Below, one piece after another: positions 45,976-55,167 of a DNA stretch of 64,000 bases (position 1 is its first letter; every line of letters starts with the position of its first letter). The notes beneath the pieces are model-generated. The model was not told the DNA's origin, did no database searches, and saw only the letters and a list, made by a program, of their open reading frames with translations. A program made the translations under genes and the position numbers. The stretch is from Planctomycetota bacterium (GTDB lineage Bacteria; Planctomycetota; Brocadiia; JAADGH01). The DNA lies in NCBI GenBank assembly GCA_040755855.1, contig JBFMAD010000008.1, forward strand, positions 32,001-96,000, in the 5' to 3' direction.

Positions 45976-48643
45976 CCTGCTCACGACCCTTGGCGTGGTC
46001 CTCGGCGTGGCGATGGTGGTGGCCATTGCCGTAGCCTACGACAGCGCCGAGGCGCATGTAAAGCAGTGGGTCCGCTTCTGGCACGGCCGCGCTCAGCTTC
46101 GCCTGCGGCCCAAGCATGGGGATGCCCTTGATCCATCTTGCATCGGGAGCATTCGAGGCATTTCCGGCGTCCGCCTGGTCGCCCCCCACTATTGCCGATG
46201 GGGCGGCATCCAGCGGGGCAAAGAGTATCATTCCCTCCTGCTGATGGCCGTTGACTCCAAGGCCGACAGCGAGATCAAAGGCTTTGTCTCGGGGTACGAG
46301 GAAATCATCCAGGAAACAATCGAGAAGGGGGAGCGGCCTATCCTCCTTCGCGACTCGCTGGCCACGAAGCTGCAGGCGGCTCTGGGGGACGAGGTGATCG
46401 TGCTCGTGGACGGCAAAAAACCGCCCTTCCGCCTGGTGGGGATCCTGCCGAAGAACTCGTTTCCCCCAACTACGCCCTGGAATGCGGGAGTCGTCACGCT
46501 GGTGGAGGCGCGGGAGTTCCTCGGCGATTCGCCCGCCCTGACGGCTGTGGATGTGCTGGTTACGGATGACGCGGATATCAACGAGGTGTCGAAACAAGCG
46601 GCCCGGCTGGGCGGGGCGTCGGTCTTTGTGGAGCGGCCGGAGACGCGCACGGAGGCGTTTCACAATAATCTCCGCGTGGCGAAGCTGACGGCGCGAATCA
46701 TCTCCGCCACGACGCTCTTTGTCGGCGTGTTTATCATCTTCAACACCATGGCCATGACTGTGGTGGAGCGCAAACGCGAGACCGGCATGCTCCGCGCCAT
46801 CGGCATGAGCCGGCGTCAAATCTGGCTAATCGTGCTCGGAGAGGCCGCGTTCATGGGCGTCGTCGGGACGGCGCTGGGCGTCCTGTTCGGTCTCGGCATG
46901 GCCAGGCTGGCCACCACCCATGTCGGCAAGACGGGGCTGCCGGAGTTCGTCGTCAACCCGTCCGTCCTGGTCGGCGGCGCGGGTATGGGGCTTATGGCGG
47001 CGCTTGTCGCGGCGGTCATCCCCGCGGTAATGGCGTCGCGAATCTCGCCCCTCGAGGCCGCGCACCCCTACCGACGCGCGGCGGGAGGGCGCACGCCCAT
47101 CTACCGACTGGTCCTCGGCATCGTCCTCCTTGTGGGGCTGACCGTCGTCCTTCATATTCCCTTTCGGACGTCCCTCAAGGTGCCGCTCCTGGCGACGGTG
47201 GGGATATTCTCGTTTTACTTTGGCGCGGCGCTCGTGGCCCCGTTCCTTGTGGCCCCTCTCTCGCGCCTCACGCTGCCCATCCTAAGCGGGTTCCTGCGCA
47301 TCGTCGTTTTCCTGGCAAGCCTGCCCTACGTGATCGTGCGGGCCCTTCTTGCGGCCGTGTTCGGCCTATCCGCACGGAGGGCGGCGGCGTGGCTGCGCTC
47401 CATCGGCGCCCGGGCGCGGGAGTCCGTGGCAGGGACCTCGGCGAGACTTGCCCACGGCAATCTGGTCCGCAGATCGGGGCGCACGGCGCTCACGGCCTGC
47501 GCCCTCATGGTGGGGGTCAGTTTCATCGTTGATCTCTCCGGCGACGCAAAGAGCGTGATTAACGAGTTCCGCCGCACGATTGACGTCGTCGCCGGGGCGG
47601 ACCTTTTCGTCCTTCCACAGACCCCCGTGGCCCCCAGCTTGGATCCGGAGAACTTTCGACGCATTGAGGGTGTCGAGGCCGTGACGGCCATGAAGCTGCT
47701 CCTGGTTGACGCCCCCGGCGGCCCGGTGAAGCACTCGTTCTTCGCAAGCGGCAAGATCATGTTCATAGCCATCGAGCCGGATACCTTCCGGAAGATCATG
47801 CGCCTGGAGTGCTACAGCGGCGAACTGGGCGAGGCGTTGAACGCGCTGAAGAAGGGGAACCGCGTCCTGGTCTCCAGCGATCTCGTCCGCATCGGCGGTC
47901 CGGGAAAGGGTGATCTCCTGAAACTAAGGGGAATTCATGGCGACACGGCCTTCGAGGTGGCCGCCGAGATTCGCGATCCCCGGCTCGCCGTCTATACCGA
48001 CTGGCGCGACTGGTCCGACATCCGGGGGATCATCGGATCCTTCGTCGCCATCGGGTCCATCGAGGATGCGCGGAGGTGCTTCGGCGCCACGGGGTATGAC
48101 TTTGCTCTCGTCAAGATTAGGCAGGAAGGCGTTGACCGCGAGGCTGTGGGCAAGAGGGTCCGGGGCGTCGCGTGGCGGACGGGCTGCAAGGCGGAGTGGA
48201 TCGGCGGACGGAACAGGCATATGATCGAGGACGCCTATGCGGCCCTCTACAGCATCAACGCCGTGCTGTTCGTGGCGGTCTTGATCGCCGCGCTGGCCGT
48301 GCTGAACACGATGACTATGAACGTGATCGAGCGGACGCGGGAGATCGGCGTCCTTCGGGCGCTGGGGGCCACGCGGACGCAGATACTGGAGATGTTCCTC
48401 ACCGAGGCGGCCGCCATCGGCATGATCGGCTCGCTGCTTGGGGCGGCAGTGGGGCTGCTCCTGATGCACGCGAGCCTGACGCTGAACCGCATGGTCATGG
48501 GATGGCAGACGGAGTTTGTGGTTCCCTACCGGGAGATCGCCTTCGCCGGGTTGGCGGGCGTCGTGGTGGCTATGGTCGGCGGCATCTACCCGGCGCTCCG
48601 GGCGGCGCGGATACGGATCGTCGAGGCGATTCAGATGGAATGA
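45920..48643 (+). CDS. ABC transporter permease with two FtsX/MacB modules
   Basis: ERKRETGMLRAIG and ERTREIGVLRALG motifs; two periplasmic domains. Confidence 0.92.
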   Translation: MRHLWHLPMRNLLTRKARSLLTTLGVVLGVAMVVAIAVAYDSAEAHVKQWVRFWHGRAQLRLRPKHGDALDPSCIGSIRGISGVRLVAPHYCRWGGIQRGKEYHSLLLMAVDSKADSEIKGFVSGYEEIIQETIEKGERPILLRDSLATKLQAALGDEVIVLVDGKKPPFRLVGILPKNSFPPTTPWNAGVVTLVEAREFLGDSPALTAVDVLVTDDADINEVSKQAARLGGASVFVERPETRTEAFHNNLRVAKLTARIISATTLFVGVFIIFNTMAMTVVERKRETGMLRAIGMSRRQIWLIVLGEAAFMGVVGTALGVLFGLGMARLATTHVGKTGLPEFVVNPSVLVGGAGMGLMAALVAAVIPAVMASRISPLEAAHPYRRAAGGRTPIYRLVLGIVLLVGLTVVLHIPFRTSLKVPLLATVGIFSFYFGAALVAPFLVAPLSRLTLPILSGFLRIVVFLASLPYVIVRALLAAVFGLSARRAAAWLRSIGARARESVAGTSARLAHGNLVRRSGRTALTACALMVGVSFIVDLSGDAKSVINEFRRTIDVVAGADLFVLPQTPVAPSLDPENFRRIEGVEAVTAMKLLLVDAPGGPVKHSFFASGKIMFIAIEPDTFRKIMRLECYSGELGEALNALKKGNRVLVSSDLVRIGGPGKGDLLKLRGIHGDTAFEVAAEIRDPRLAVYTDWRDWSDIRGIIGSFVAIGSIEDARRCFGATGYDFALVKIRQEGVDREAVGKRVRGVAWRTGCKAEWIGGRNRHMIEDAYAALYSINAVLFVAVLIAALAVLNTMTMNVIERTREIGVLRALGATRTQILEMFLTEAAAIGMIGSLLGAAVGLLLMHASLTLNRMVMGWQTEFVVPYREIAFAGLAGVVVAMVGGIYPALRAARIRIVEAIQME

Positions 48644-48653
48644 TGGGCATTGC

Positions 48654-48681
48654 GATTGGGCTTTGGCGATTTGCGATTGAC
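48654..48681. repeat. heptamer array (GATTnnn) after a stop codon
   Basis: GATTGGG CTTTGGC GATTTGC GATTGAC. Confidence 0.45.
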
Positions 48682-48727
48682 AGGAGCCAATTTGCCCACA
48701 CCCACTCGGGTTGAAGGAGTCCGGATC

Positions 48728-49807
48728 ATGAATAAGGTGCGCATAGGGGTTTTGGGAGCGGGGCGGGGAATCGGGCTGGCGAAGGCGATGCGGCTTGCGC
48801 CGAGCGCGGAGCTTGCCGCGATATGCGACGCCGACGAGCAGCGCCTGACCAAGGCGGCTGAGGCGGCCAGGACCTACCGGCGTTACGAGGACATGCTCGA
48901 CGCGAAAGACATTGACGCGGTGCTGGTGGCCTCGCCAATGCCCCTGCACGTTGCGCACTCCGTCGCCGCGCTCAAGGCGGGGAAGCATGTCCTCTCAGAG
49001 GTGACCGCCGCGACGAGCATCGAGCAGTGCTACGAGCTGCTGGAGGCCGTGAAGAAATCGGGCAGGAAATACATGCTCGCGGAAAACTACTGCTACATTC
49101 GCCCGTGGACGATCGTGCTCGGCATGGTGCGGGCGGGAGTATTCGGCCAGGTGTACTACGGCGAGGCCGACCAGATCCAGGAGTTCAAGGGCGGTTTTCG
49201 GCATCCCGGCGTGGGGTATAACTGGCGCACCGCCGAGTTGGCGCTTCGGCGCGGACACCAATATATCACGCACAACCTCGGCCCTCTATATCAGGCTCTT
49301 GGGGAACGAATCTCGACCGTGGTCTGCCTCGGGTCGGGGCAGCACCACATAGAGTGGGCCAAGGCCGATGACACGTGCATCGTCTTGGGCCGGACGCCGA
49401 GCGGCATGCTCGTTCGCATCCGCCTGGACTTTTTCTCTAACCGTCCGAACAACTACCTCTACTTTGGCCTCCAGGGCGCCAAGGCCGGCTACGAGGCTCC
49501 GCGCGGCCCGAAGGATGAGCACAAGATATACGTGGAGGGCCGCACGCCGCGTGGCGCGTGGCAAAGCCTGAGCGACTTTTCGGAATACCTGCCGGCGGCG
49601 TGGAAATCCATGCCCCCGGAAGCCGTCAACGACAGCCACGATGGAGGATCGCCCCTGATGATCGAGGACTTTGCGCGCTCGATCCTCGACGATACCCGCC
49701 CGCCGATAGATGTCATTGACGCATTAAACATGACCGCGCCCGGCCTGATGTCGGAGGTTTCCATCGAGCAAGGGGGAGCGCCTGTTGATGTCCCGGAGTT
49801 CAAATGA
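48728..49807 (+). CDS. Gfo/Idh/MocA oxidoreductase
   Basis: IGVLGAGRG, ASPMPLH, GKHVLSEV and YMLAENYCY motifs. Confidence 0.9.
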   Translation: MNKVRIGVLGAGRGIGLAKAMRLAPSAELAAICDADEQRLTKAAEAARTYRRYEDMLDAKDIDAVLVASPMPLHVAHSVAALKAGKHVLSEVTAATSIEQCYELLEAVKKSGRKYMLAENYCYIRPWTIVLGMVRAGVFGQVYYGEADQIQEFKGGFRHPGVGYNWRTAELALRRGHQYITHNLGPLYQALGERISTVVCLGSGQHHIEWAKADDTCIVLGRTPSGMLVRIRLDFFSNRPNNYLYFGLQGAKAGYEAPRGPKDEHKIYVEGRTPRGAWQSLSDFSEYLPAAWKSMPPEAVNDSHDGGSPLMIEDFARSILDDTRPPIDVIDALNMTAPGLMSEVSIEQGGAPVDVPEFK

Positions 49808-49822
49808 TTCGGCGGTGGGGGT

Positions 49823-49908
49823 GAAAAGGGGACATTCTACTTTTGCTGTTCTGCCGATACCTGTTCAGGGGTTCCTTGGCCAAAGAAAAAGTAGAATGTC
49901 CCCTTTTC
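49823..49908. repeat. 22-bp perfect inverted-repeat element (GGGGACA/TGTCCCC type)
   Basis: GAAAAGGGGACATTCTACTTTT (49823-49844) / AAAAGTAGAATGTCCCCTTTTC (49887-49908). Confidence 0.85.
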
Positions 49909-49954
49909 CCCTTCCTCCCCTTTCGCTCCTACAGGGCGGCATGCGCAAGGATGG

Positions 49955-49980
49955 CTGTAGGAGGGGAATCCTTTCCCCGA
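49955..49980 (+). repeat. GTAG-type REP, copy 2
   Basis: CTGTAGGAGGGGAATCCTTTCCCCGA; an opposite-orientation partial copy (CTCCTACAG) lies at 49926-49934. Confidence 0.85.
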
Positions 49981-50029
49981 TAGATCGAAAATCCAAAATG
50001 ATTTGGGGCTTGCCCGACCACTTTATCGG

Positions 50030-51814
50030 TCATGACGGCTGTTTCGCTGCCGCCCCCTTCGCCTGCATTGACCTCCGGATAGCGAGAAAGACGACCACGG
50101 CCGCGATGAGAAGGATGACCCAGAAGAAGCGCACGAGCAGGATCGTCAGGATCGTCAGGATCAGCGCAATGACGCAGAACACAAAATTGAGCATCCCTCC
50201 GGCCAGCTCGCCGAGGACGGGGATGTAGCGCAACAGGAACGTCAGCGGCCCAGCCATCATGCACATGCCGATCCACATGCACAGGAATCCGCCGATTCTG
50301 GCGATCCACGTCCACATCCGGTGTTCCGACTGAAGCGCGGCAATCGCCTGGTCCTCCGTCACGCGCCCAGCCAATAGGAGCAGCACCCCTTTGTAGTTCG
50401 TCGGCCCGACCGCGCCGCCCTGCAACTTGCCGCAGACGAACAGATTCGCATCGGGCCTGATCCCGGCAAAGGACAGCCGGACGTCGCCCACCTCCGGAGC
50501 GCTTGGCGCGCCTTTGCCGATGTACCATCGGCTCTTGCCCTTGGCCTCTCCCGGGCCTGCCCCGGCCTTGGCGGACACGGTGACGCTGCTGAGCGTATCA
50601 CCCGCGAGCGTTCCGGAGAACGTGACCGGCGCGCCGATCTCGATGCCGCGAACCGTCGCCCGCTCGTTCCCCGCGGCGGGCGCCGTCTCGGCGGACCCCG
50701 GCTTGAAGAGCATCTTGCCCAGTTGCGGCATGTCCTCGGTCTTCAGGTTTGCCGGATCAATCTTCACCTTGCCCACGGCGACGCCCTCCGCGACCTTGAG
50801 CGTGGTTGCCCCCGGAACCCACTTGCCGCTGCCGTCGTAGGTCTCTTTGACGATTGCATACACCAGCAGCTTCTTGCCCTGTGCGGCCTGGGTTTCGAGC
50901 GGCTTGGCCGCCGATGGTGTTCCCGTGAGCGAAACTGCCCCCGATCCCTCCGGCGCATTCGGATCGAGGGGCTTCGGCGGCGGAGGCTCGGTAATGTCTT
51001 CTGCGCCCATGATCCGCGCGGCGCTCAGGTCAACCGTCAGGCTGCCGACGGTCACCGGATTCGCAAACCACTTCTGCGAGCCTGCAACCATTGATGGATT
51101 GATGTGTCCCTCCGGGTGCTTGAAGCCGGACGAATCTTCGGGGCTTGAGGTCCATTCTTTCACGTAGCGATAAGTCTTTATCTCTTTCTTGGTATCGGGG
51201 GAGGAGCCGGGCTCGGTCTTGGTCTCTGTCTTTTCCACCCATGCATACATCTCAACGGAACGGGAGAGATAAAGAAATTTATCCTCGGGGAGATAGAGAG
51301 GGTCCGTCACGGGCGCAGTGGTTGTCGCCTTACCTGTGAACTTCACGCTCTGACCTTCGGCGCTCTTCGCGCTGTCGTCCGGCTGGATAGGCTTTGCCGC
51401 TTTAATGATCTCTGACCGATCAATGCGCGTCCCTCCCTTGTAGAGGATGAAAAACGACGCCAGAAAGAGGATGAAGCCGATGAACACGCCCTGCACCGAG
51501 CTGGAGAGTTTCTCGCCGAATTTCGGCTCACGGACTTCAGTCACCTCCGTGTAGACGTCCACGGACGGCCTCGGCGGGGCGCTGGGTGTTCCCATCTGTG
51601 CGCCTGTCTGCGCGGCTGTTTCGCTGGTCGTGACTATGCCTCCCTTGGCCTCCACGAAACCCTCAAGTTCCTTGTCCCCCTCAGCCTTTTTGGCTTCCTT
51701 ATCGGGTTCCTTGGGAGAGTCCTTCGACCCTTGTTCCCGCTGTGTTTCTTTCTTGTCGTCCCCGCTCCCCTTTTCTTCCTCAAATCCTTCCAGCTCCTTG
51801 TCTTTCCCTGCCAT
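50030..51814 (-). CDS. TMEM43 (DUF1625)-family membrane protein
   Basis: S..GVFIGFILF TM helix; R.VEMYAWVE; Y.KEW; S..FK.P.GH.NP; PEVGDVR; WIARIGG followed by C-terminal TM helices. Confidence 0.8.
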   Translation of the reverse strand: MAGKDKELEGFEEEKGSGDDKKETQREQGSKDSPKEPDKEAKKAEGDKELEGFVEAKGGIVTTSETAAQTGAQMGTPSAPPRPSVDVYTEVTEVREPKFGEKLSSSVQGVFIGFILFLASFFILYKGGTRIDRSEIIKAAKPIQPDDSAKSAEGQSVKFTGKATTTAPVTDPLYLPEDKFLYLSRSVEMYAWVEKTETKTEPGSSPDTKKEIKTYRYVKEWTSSPEDSSGFKHPEGHINPSMVAGSQKWFANPVTVGSLTVDLSAARIMGAEDITEPPPPKPLDPNAPEGSGAVSLTGTPSAAKPLETQAAQGKKLLVYAIVKETYDGSGKWVPGATTLKVAEGVAVGKVKIDPANLKTEDMPQLGKMLFKPGSAETAPAAGNERATVRGIEIGAPVTFSGTLAGDTLSSVTVSAKAGAGPGEAKGKSRWYIGKGAPSAPEVGDVRLSFAGIRPDANLFVCGKLQGGAVGPTNYKGVLLLLAGRVTEDQAIAALQSEHRMWTWIARIGGFLCMWIGMCMMAGPLTFLLRYIPVLGELAGGMLNFVFCVIALILTILTILLVRFFWVILLIAAVVVFLAIRRSMQAKGAAAKQPS

Positions 51815-51929
51815 GCCTGCTTTCCTCGCAGTAAAAGAAGATTGTTGGTCTTGAGGACGCCCTGGATTTCTATTCCTTGACTTAGCCGGCTCCCCCTCCG
51901 GGCGGCGATCGCAAATCATCAATCGAAGA

Positions 51930-53162
51930 TCATTCCGCCGGCGGGTGGGGAAGCTCCATCTTCCGCAGCGGTTGGTCCTCGTGGAGGAAGTATTCCATGA
52001 GGCCGTGGCCGAGTTTGATGTGAAGGTCGCCCTCCTGCGCGTTTTTCTCGGTGAAGGGAACCTGCCGGATGACGCGGATGCCCGACCCGAAGATGGCGAA
52101 GGGGACGGGGTCGGCGGTGTGCCCTCGCTGCATCACGGGGGAGAAGTGGTTGATCGCAATGAGGATGCGACGCTCGGACAGCTTCTCCATCGCCTTGAGG
52201 ACGGGACCTACGATCTTTTCGTCAATGTTCTCGATGGCCACCACCTTGCGCAGGGGATCGCTGTCGTGGCTGGCCACATCAGGGGCGGCGACGTGAACGA
52301 CCACCAGATCGTATTTCTCCATCGCCTCAACGGCGGCCTTTCCCTTGGCGGTGTAGTCCGTGTCGAGCCATCCCGTCCCACCGGGGATGGGGATGGGGTC
52401 CCATCCGATATGGCGAGCCGTTCCGATGAAGAGGGGCGAGGCGCTGATGAGCGCCCCGGTCTTGCCGTACCTCTCGCGGAAGGGCCCCAGCTGGGGGACG
52501 CGGCCCTGCCCCCAGAGCCAGATCATGTTTGCCGGGTTTTCCCCAAGGTCCGCCCGGACGACGTTGATCTCGTGCTCCTCCAGCAGGCTGCGCGAGCCGA
52601 GCATGAGCCGGCGCAGGAGCTGGCTTCCCTGCCCGCCGGGCAGGTATGCCGCGAAGTCGGCGCCGACCGCATCGTGGGGGGGCGTGGTGCCAACGGTCAT
52701 GGGTTCGTCGCCGGAGTAGACCATGAGGTTGCGGAAGGAGCGTCCGGGGTGAAATGTCACGTGACGGGTGGAGAGGTTTTCCTGGAGAAACTGGATGAGG
52801 GCGCCGGCCTCCTTGTCGCCGATGTGGCCGGCAGAGTAGTCGGCGAGGATCTCCTCGTCCACGGTGACCAGGCTGCAGCTGAAGGCGACCTGTTGCACCC
52901 CCAGCTCGACGCCGAAGCCGGCGGCCTCAAGGGATGCGCGCCCCACGGCCTGCTTCCGCGGGTCGTAGCCCAGGAGGGAGAGGAGCGATGTCTCCGTGTC
53001 GGGCCGCATGCCCGGGGGGATGGTCTGCACCACGCCGAGCTTGCCGTCGCGGGAGAGGTGGTCGAGGTGGGGCGTACGGGCCGCCTCGAGGGGGGTCTTG
53101 CCCTGGAGCTGCGCGACGGGGTAGTCGGCCATTCCGTCGGCGATTAGCATGAAGTATTTCAT
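51930..53162 (-). CDS. apgM: cofactor-independent phosphoglycerate mutase family protein (ApgM-like)
   Basis: DGMADYP, KTPLEAA.TP, LLGYDP, GRA.LEA, TPPHD, PANMIWLWGQG and HT.DPVP motifs. Confidence 0.8.
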   Translation of the reverse strand: MKYFMLIADGMADYPVAQLQGKTPLEAARTPHLDHLSRDGKLGVVQTIPPGMRPDTETSLLSLLGYDPRKQAVGRASLEAAGFGVELGVQQVAFSCSLVTVDEEILADYSAGHIGDKEAGALIQFLQENLSTRHVTFHPGRSFRNLMVYSGDEPMTVGTTPPHDAVGADFAAYLPGGQGSQLLRRLMLGSRSLLEEHEINVVRADLGENPANMIWLWGQGRVPQLGPFRERYGKTGALISASPLFIGTARHIGWDPIPIPGGTGWLDTDYTAKGKAAVEAMEKYDLVVVHVAAPDVASHDSDPLRKVVAIENIDEKIVGPVLKAMEKLSERRILIAINHFSPVMQRGHTADPVPFAIFGSGIRVIRQVPFTEKNAQEGDLHIKLGHGLMEYFLHEDQPLRKMELPHPPAE

Positions 53163-53178
53163 AGGGCTCGTCCGCCTC

Positions 53179-53457
53179 TCACCCTCCGGCGAAGAAAATC
53201 CGGTTCAAGACCTCGGCCAGGCCGAGGACGACCAGCGCGGCGACCGCAAGGGCCCGTCCGAGGGAGATCCTTCCCCTGAGCGCCACGATCGCGCCGGCGA
53301 TTCCCCCCAGCGCCCCCCGGCTGGCGAGGAGAAATGGAAACTGCCCGAGCGTCATGCCGGTTTCGTGGTGGCGAATCATCAGTTCGCAGTATCCCGTCAC
53401 CAGCCCCGCCAGAATCCCGACCGCCGCCGCCGGAAACGCCTTCCAACGGCCGGCCAT
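53179..53457 (-). CDS. small membrane protein (three hydrophobic segments)
   Basis: ATG 3 bp after the hom stop; fills the gap between hom and apgM. Confidence 0.6.
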   Translation of the reverse strand: MAGRWKAFPAAAVGILAGLVTGYCELMIRHHETGMTLGQFPFLLASRGALGGIAGAIVALRGRISLGRALAVAALVVLGLAEVLNRIFFAGG

Positions 53458-53460
53458 GCC

Positions 53461-54753
53461 TCAGCCCTCGACCCGAATCAACCGGCTTTTGCCCTTGACC
53501 ACGTCGAGGAGGTCAATTTGTTTCATCGCCCGTCGCACGTGCCCCGACAGGGCCGTATGGGTCATCATCACCAGCGGCACAGTTCTGCCCAGCCGCCACT
53601 CCGGCTGGACCACCGAGGCGATGCTGATGTGGTTGCGTCCCAGTACGCCGGCGATTCTGGCCAGCACACCGGGTTTGTCCACCACGTTGATCCGAAGGAA
53701 ATACCGGCTTTTGACTTTGGCCATGTCCAGCAACTTCGCGGCCTTTGCGTCCGACGAGAAGCACCCCAGTTTGCGAAAGGTGATCGAGGCGCGGCCGAGA
53801 GCCACGTCAATCAGATCAGAAGTCACTGCGCTTGTGGTCGGTTCGCGGCCCGCGCCTCGGCCGTAGAACATGGTCGGCCCGACCCAGTCCCCGGTAATGC
53901 CGATGGCGTTGAAAACTCCGTTCACGGAGGCCAGCGGGTGGGCTGTGGGGAGGAGCGTCGGGTGCACGCGAAGGTCCAATTGGTCCCCCTCTCGCTTGCC
54001 AATGGCCAAAAGCTTGAGCACATAGCCGAGCTTCAGGGCGTCCTTCACGTCTTCGAGAAAGATATGGTCAATTCCTTCCCGATAGATTTTACGATAGTCC
54101 ACGCGCATACCGAAGCCAAGGCGGGCGAGGATGGCCAGCTTGTGGGTGGAGTCGGCGCCGCTCACGTCGGCGGTGGGGTCGGCTTCGGCATATCCCCTTT
54201 TCTGAGCCTCAGCCAGCGCCTCGTCATAGGTCTCGTTCTCGTGGGTCATCTGGGTAAGTATGTAGTTCGTCGTGCCGTTGACAATGCCGAAGATCGTCTG
54301 GATCCGGTTCGCGGCCAAGCCGTCGCGGAGGGCGGCGATGACGGGAATGCCGCCGCCGACGCTGGCCTCGAAGGAAACGCAGCGATCCATCTTGCGCGCG
54401 GTCTCAAAGATCATGTCCCCGTGGGCGGCGAGGAGGGCCTTGTTCGCGGTAACGACATGCTTGCCCTTCTTCAGGGCGGCGAGGATGATTTCCTTTGCGG
54501 GATGGATGCCGCCGATGAGTTCGATCAGGACGTGGATGCGGGGGTCCTCAATGATCTCCCGGGCGTCCTTGGCGACCAACCTGGCCGGGACCTTTGCCTT
54601 GCGGATCTTTGCGGCGTCGAGCTCGGCCACCTTCGCGAGGACAAGCTCCACGCCGACTTTCCGGCCAAATGCCTTGCCCTGGTCGAGGAGCATCCGGGCC
54701 ACGCCCGACCCAATGGTCCCCAGGCCGACCAGACCGACTTTCACCTGGTCCAT
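53461..54753 (-). CDS. hom: homoserine dehydrogenase with ACT domain
   Basis: GLGTIG, VVTANKA, FEASVGGGIP, GIVNGTTNYIL, GYAEADP, GRGAG..PT and DKPGVL motifs. Confidence 0.95.
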   Translation of the reverse strand: MDQVKVGLVGLGTIGSGVARMLLDQGKAFGRKVGVELVLAKVAELDAAKIRKAKVPARLVAKDAREIIEDPRIHVLIELIGGIHPAKEIILAALKKGKHVVTANKALLAAHGDMIFETARKMDRCVSFEASVGGGIPVIAALRDGLAANRIQTIFGIVNGTTNYILTQMTHENETYDEALAEAQKRGYAEADPTADVSGADSTHKLAILARLGFGMRVDYRKIYREGIDHIFLEDVKDALKLGYVLKLLAIGKREGDQLDLRVHPTLLPTAHPLASVNGVFNAIGITGDWVGPTMFYGRGAGREPTTSAVTSDLIDVALGRASITFRKLGCFSSDAKAAKLLDMAKVKSRYFLRINVVDKPGVLARIAGVLGRNHISIASVVQPEWRLGRTVPLVMMTHTALSGHVRRAMKQIDLLDVVKGKSRLIRVEG

Positions 54754-54805
54754 GCGGCGTCTTTCACTCACTCAAGTCCAGAAGTCAGAAACATGCGCTC
54801 GAAAG

Positions 54806-54992
54806 TGTTCAGGACAAAATTCACATTGGACACATAATACCACACTTCCTGTCTTCAGGGAGTGTGGTATACGTAGCAAGAGATCTTGCATGATGATATT
54901 CTGCCTATTGGCAAGGTGGCGTTGCTTTTCGCGGAAAAAAATGTGTCCAATGTGAATTTTGTCCTTCGGCTGCCGGCCAAGCCCGCTTTGGG
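54806..54992. repeat. structured dispersed element, copy 2 (25-bp inverted repeat plus inner hairpin)
   Basis: AGGACAAAATTCACATTGGACACAT (54811-54835) / ATGTGTCCAATGTGAATTTTGTCCT (54941-54965); hairpin 54837-54870. Confidence 0.9.
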
Positions 54993-55001
54993 GCGAAAAG
55001 A

Positions 55002-55030
55002 ATTGTAGCACATCCCCATGGGGGTGTCAA
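55002..55030 (-). promoter_or_regulatory. near-consensus sigma70 promoter for the hom operon
   Basis: TTGACA-17-TACAAT with TGC extension. Confidence 0.7.
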
Positions 55031-55088
55031 TAGCGTGCGTCGGCAAGGCTTTGCCGGCTCTTTCACAAGCGGATCGGTTCGTTTTGGG

Positions 55089-55118
55089 TTGACACTGTCC
55101 CGCGCAGGATGATACCCT
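55089..55118 (+). promoter_or_regulatory. sigma70-like promoter for the sulfatase-like gene
   Basis: TTGACA-18-TACCCT. Confidence 0.45.
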
Positions 55119-55167
55119 ATCGGCCCACATGCCACTCGTCCTATAGAAGCAAAGGAGAGCGAAAACG

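Noticed and set aside
54754..55000. SAM, lysine or T-box riboswitch upstream of hom
   Set aside because: No recognisable consensus; the space is occupied by the two-copy element.
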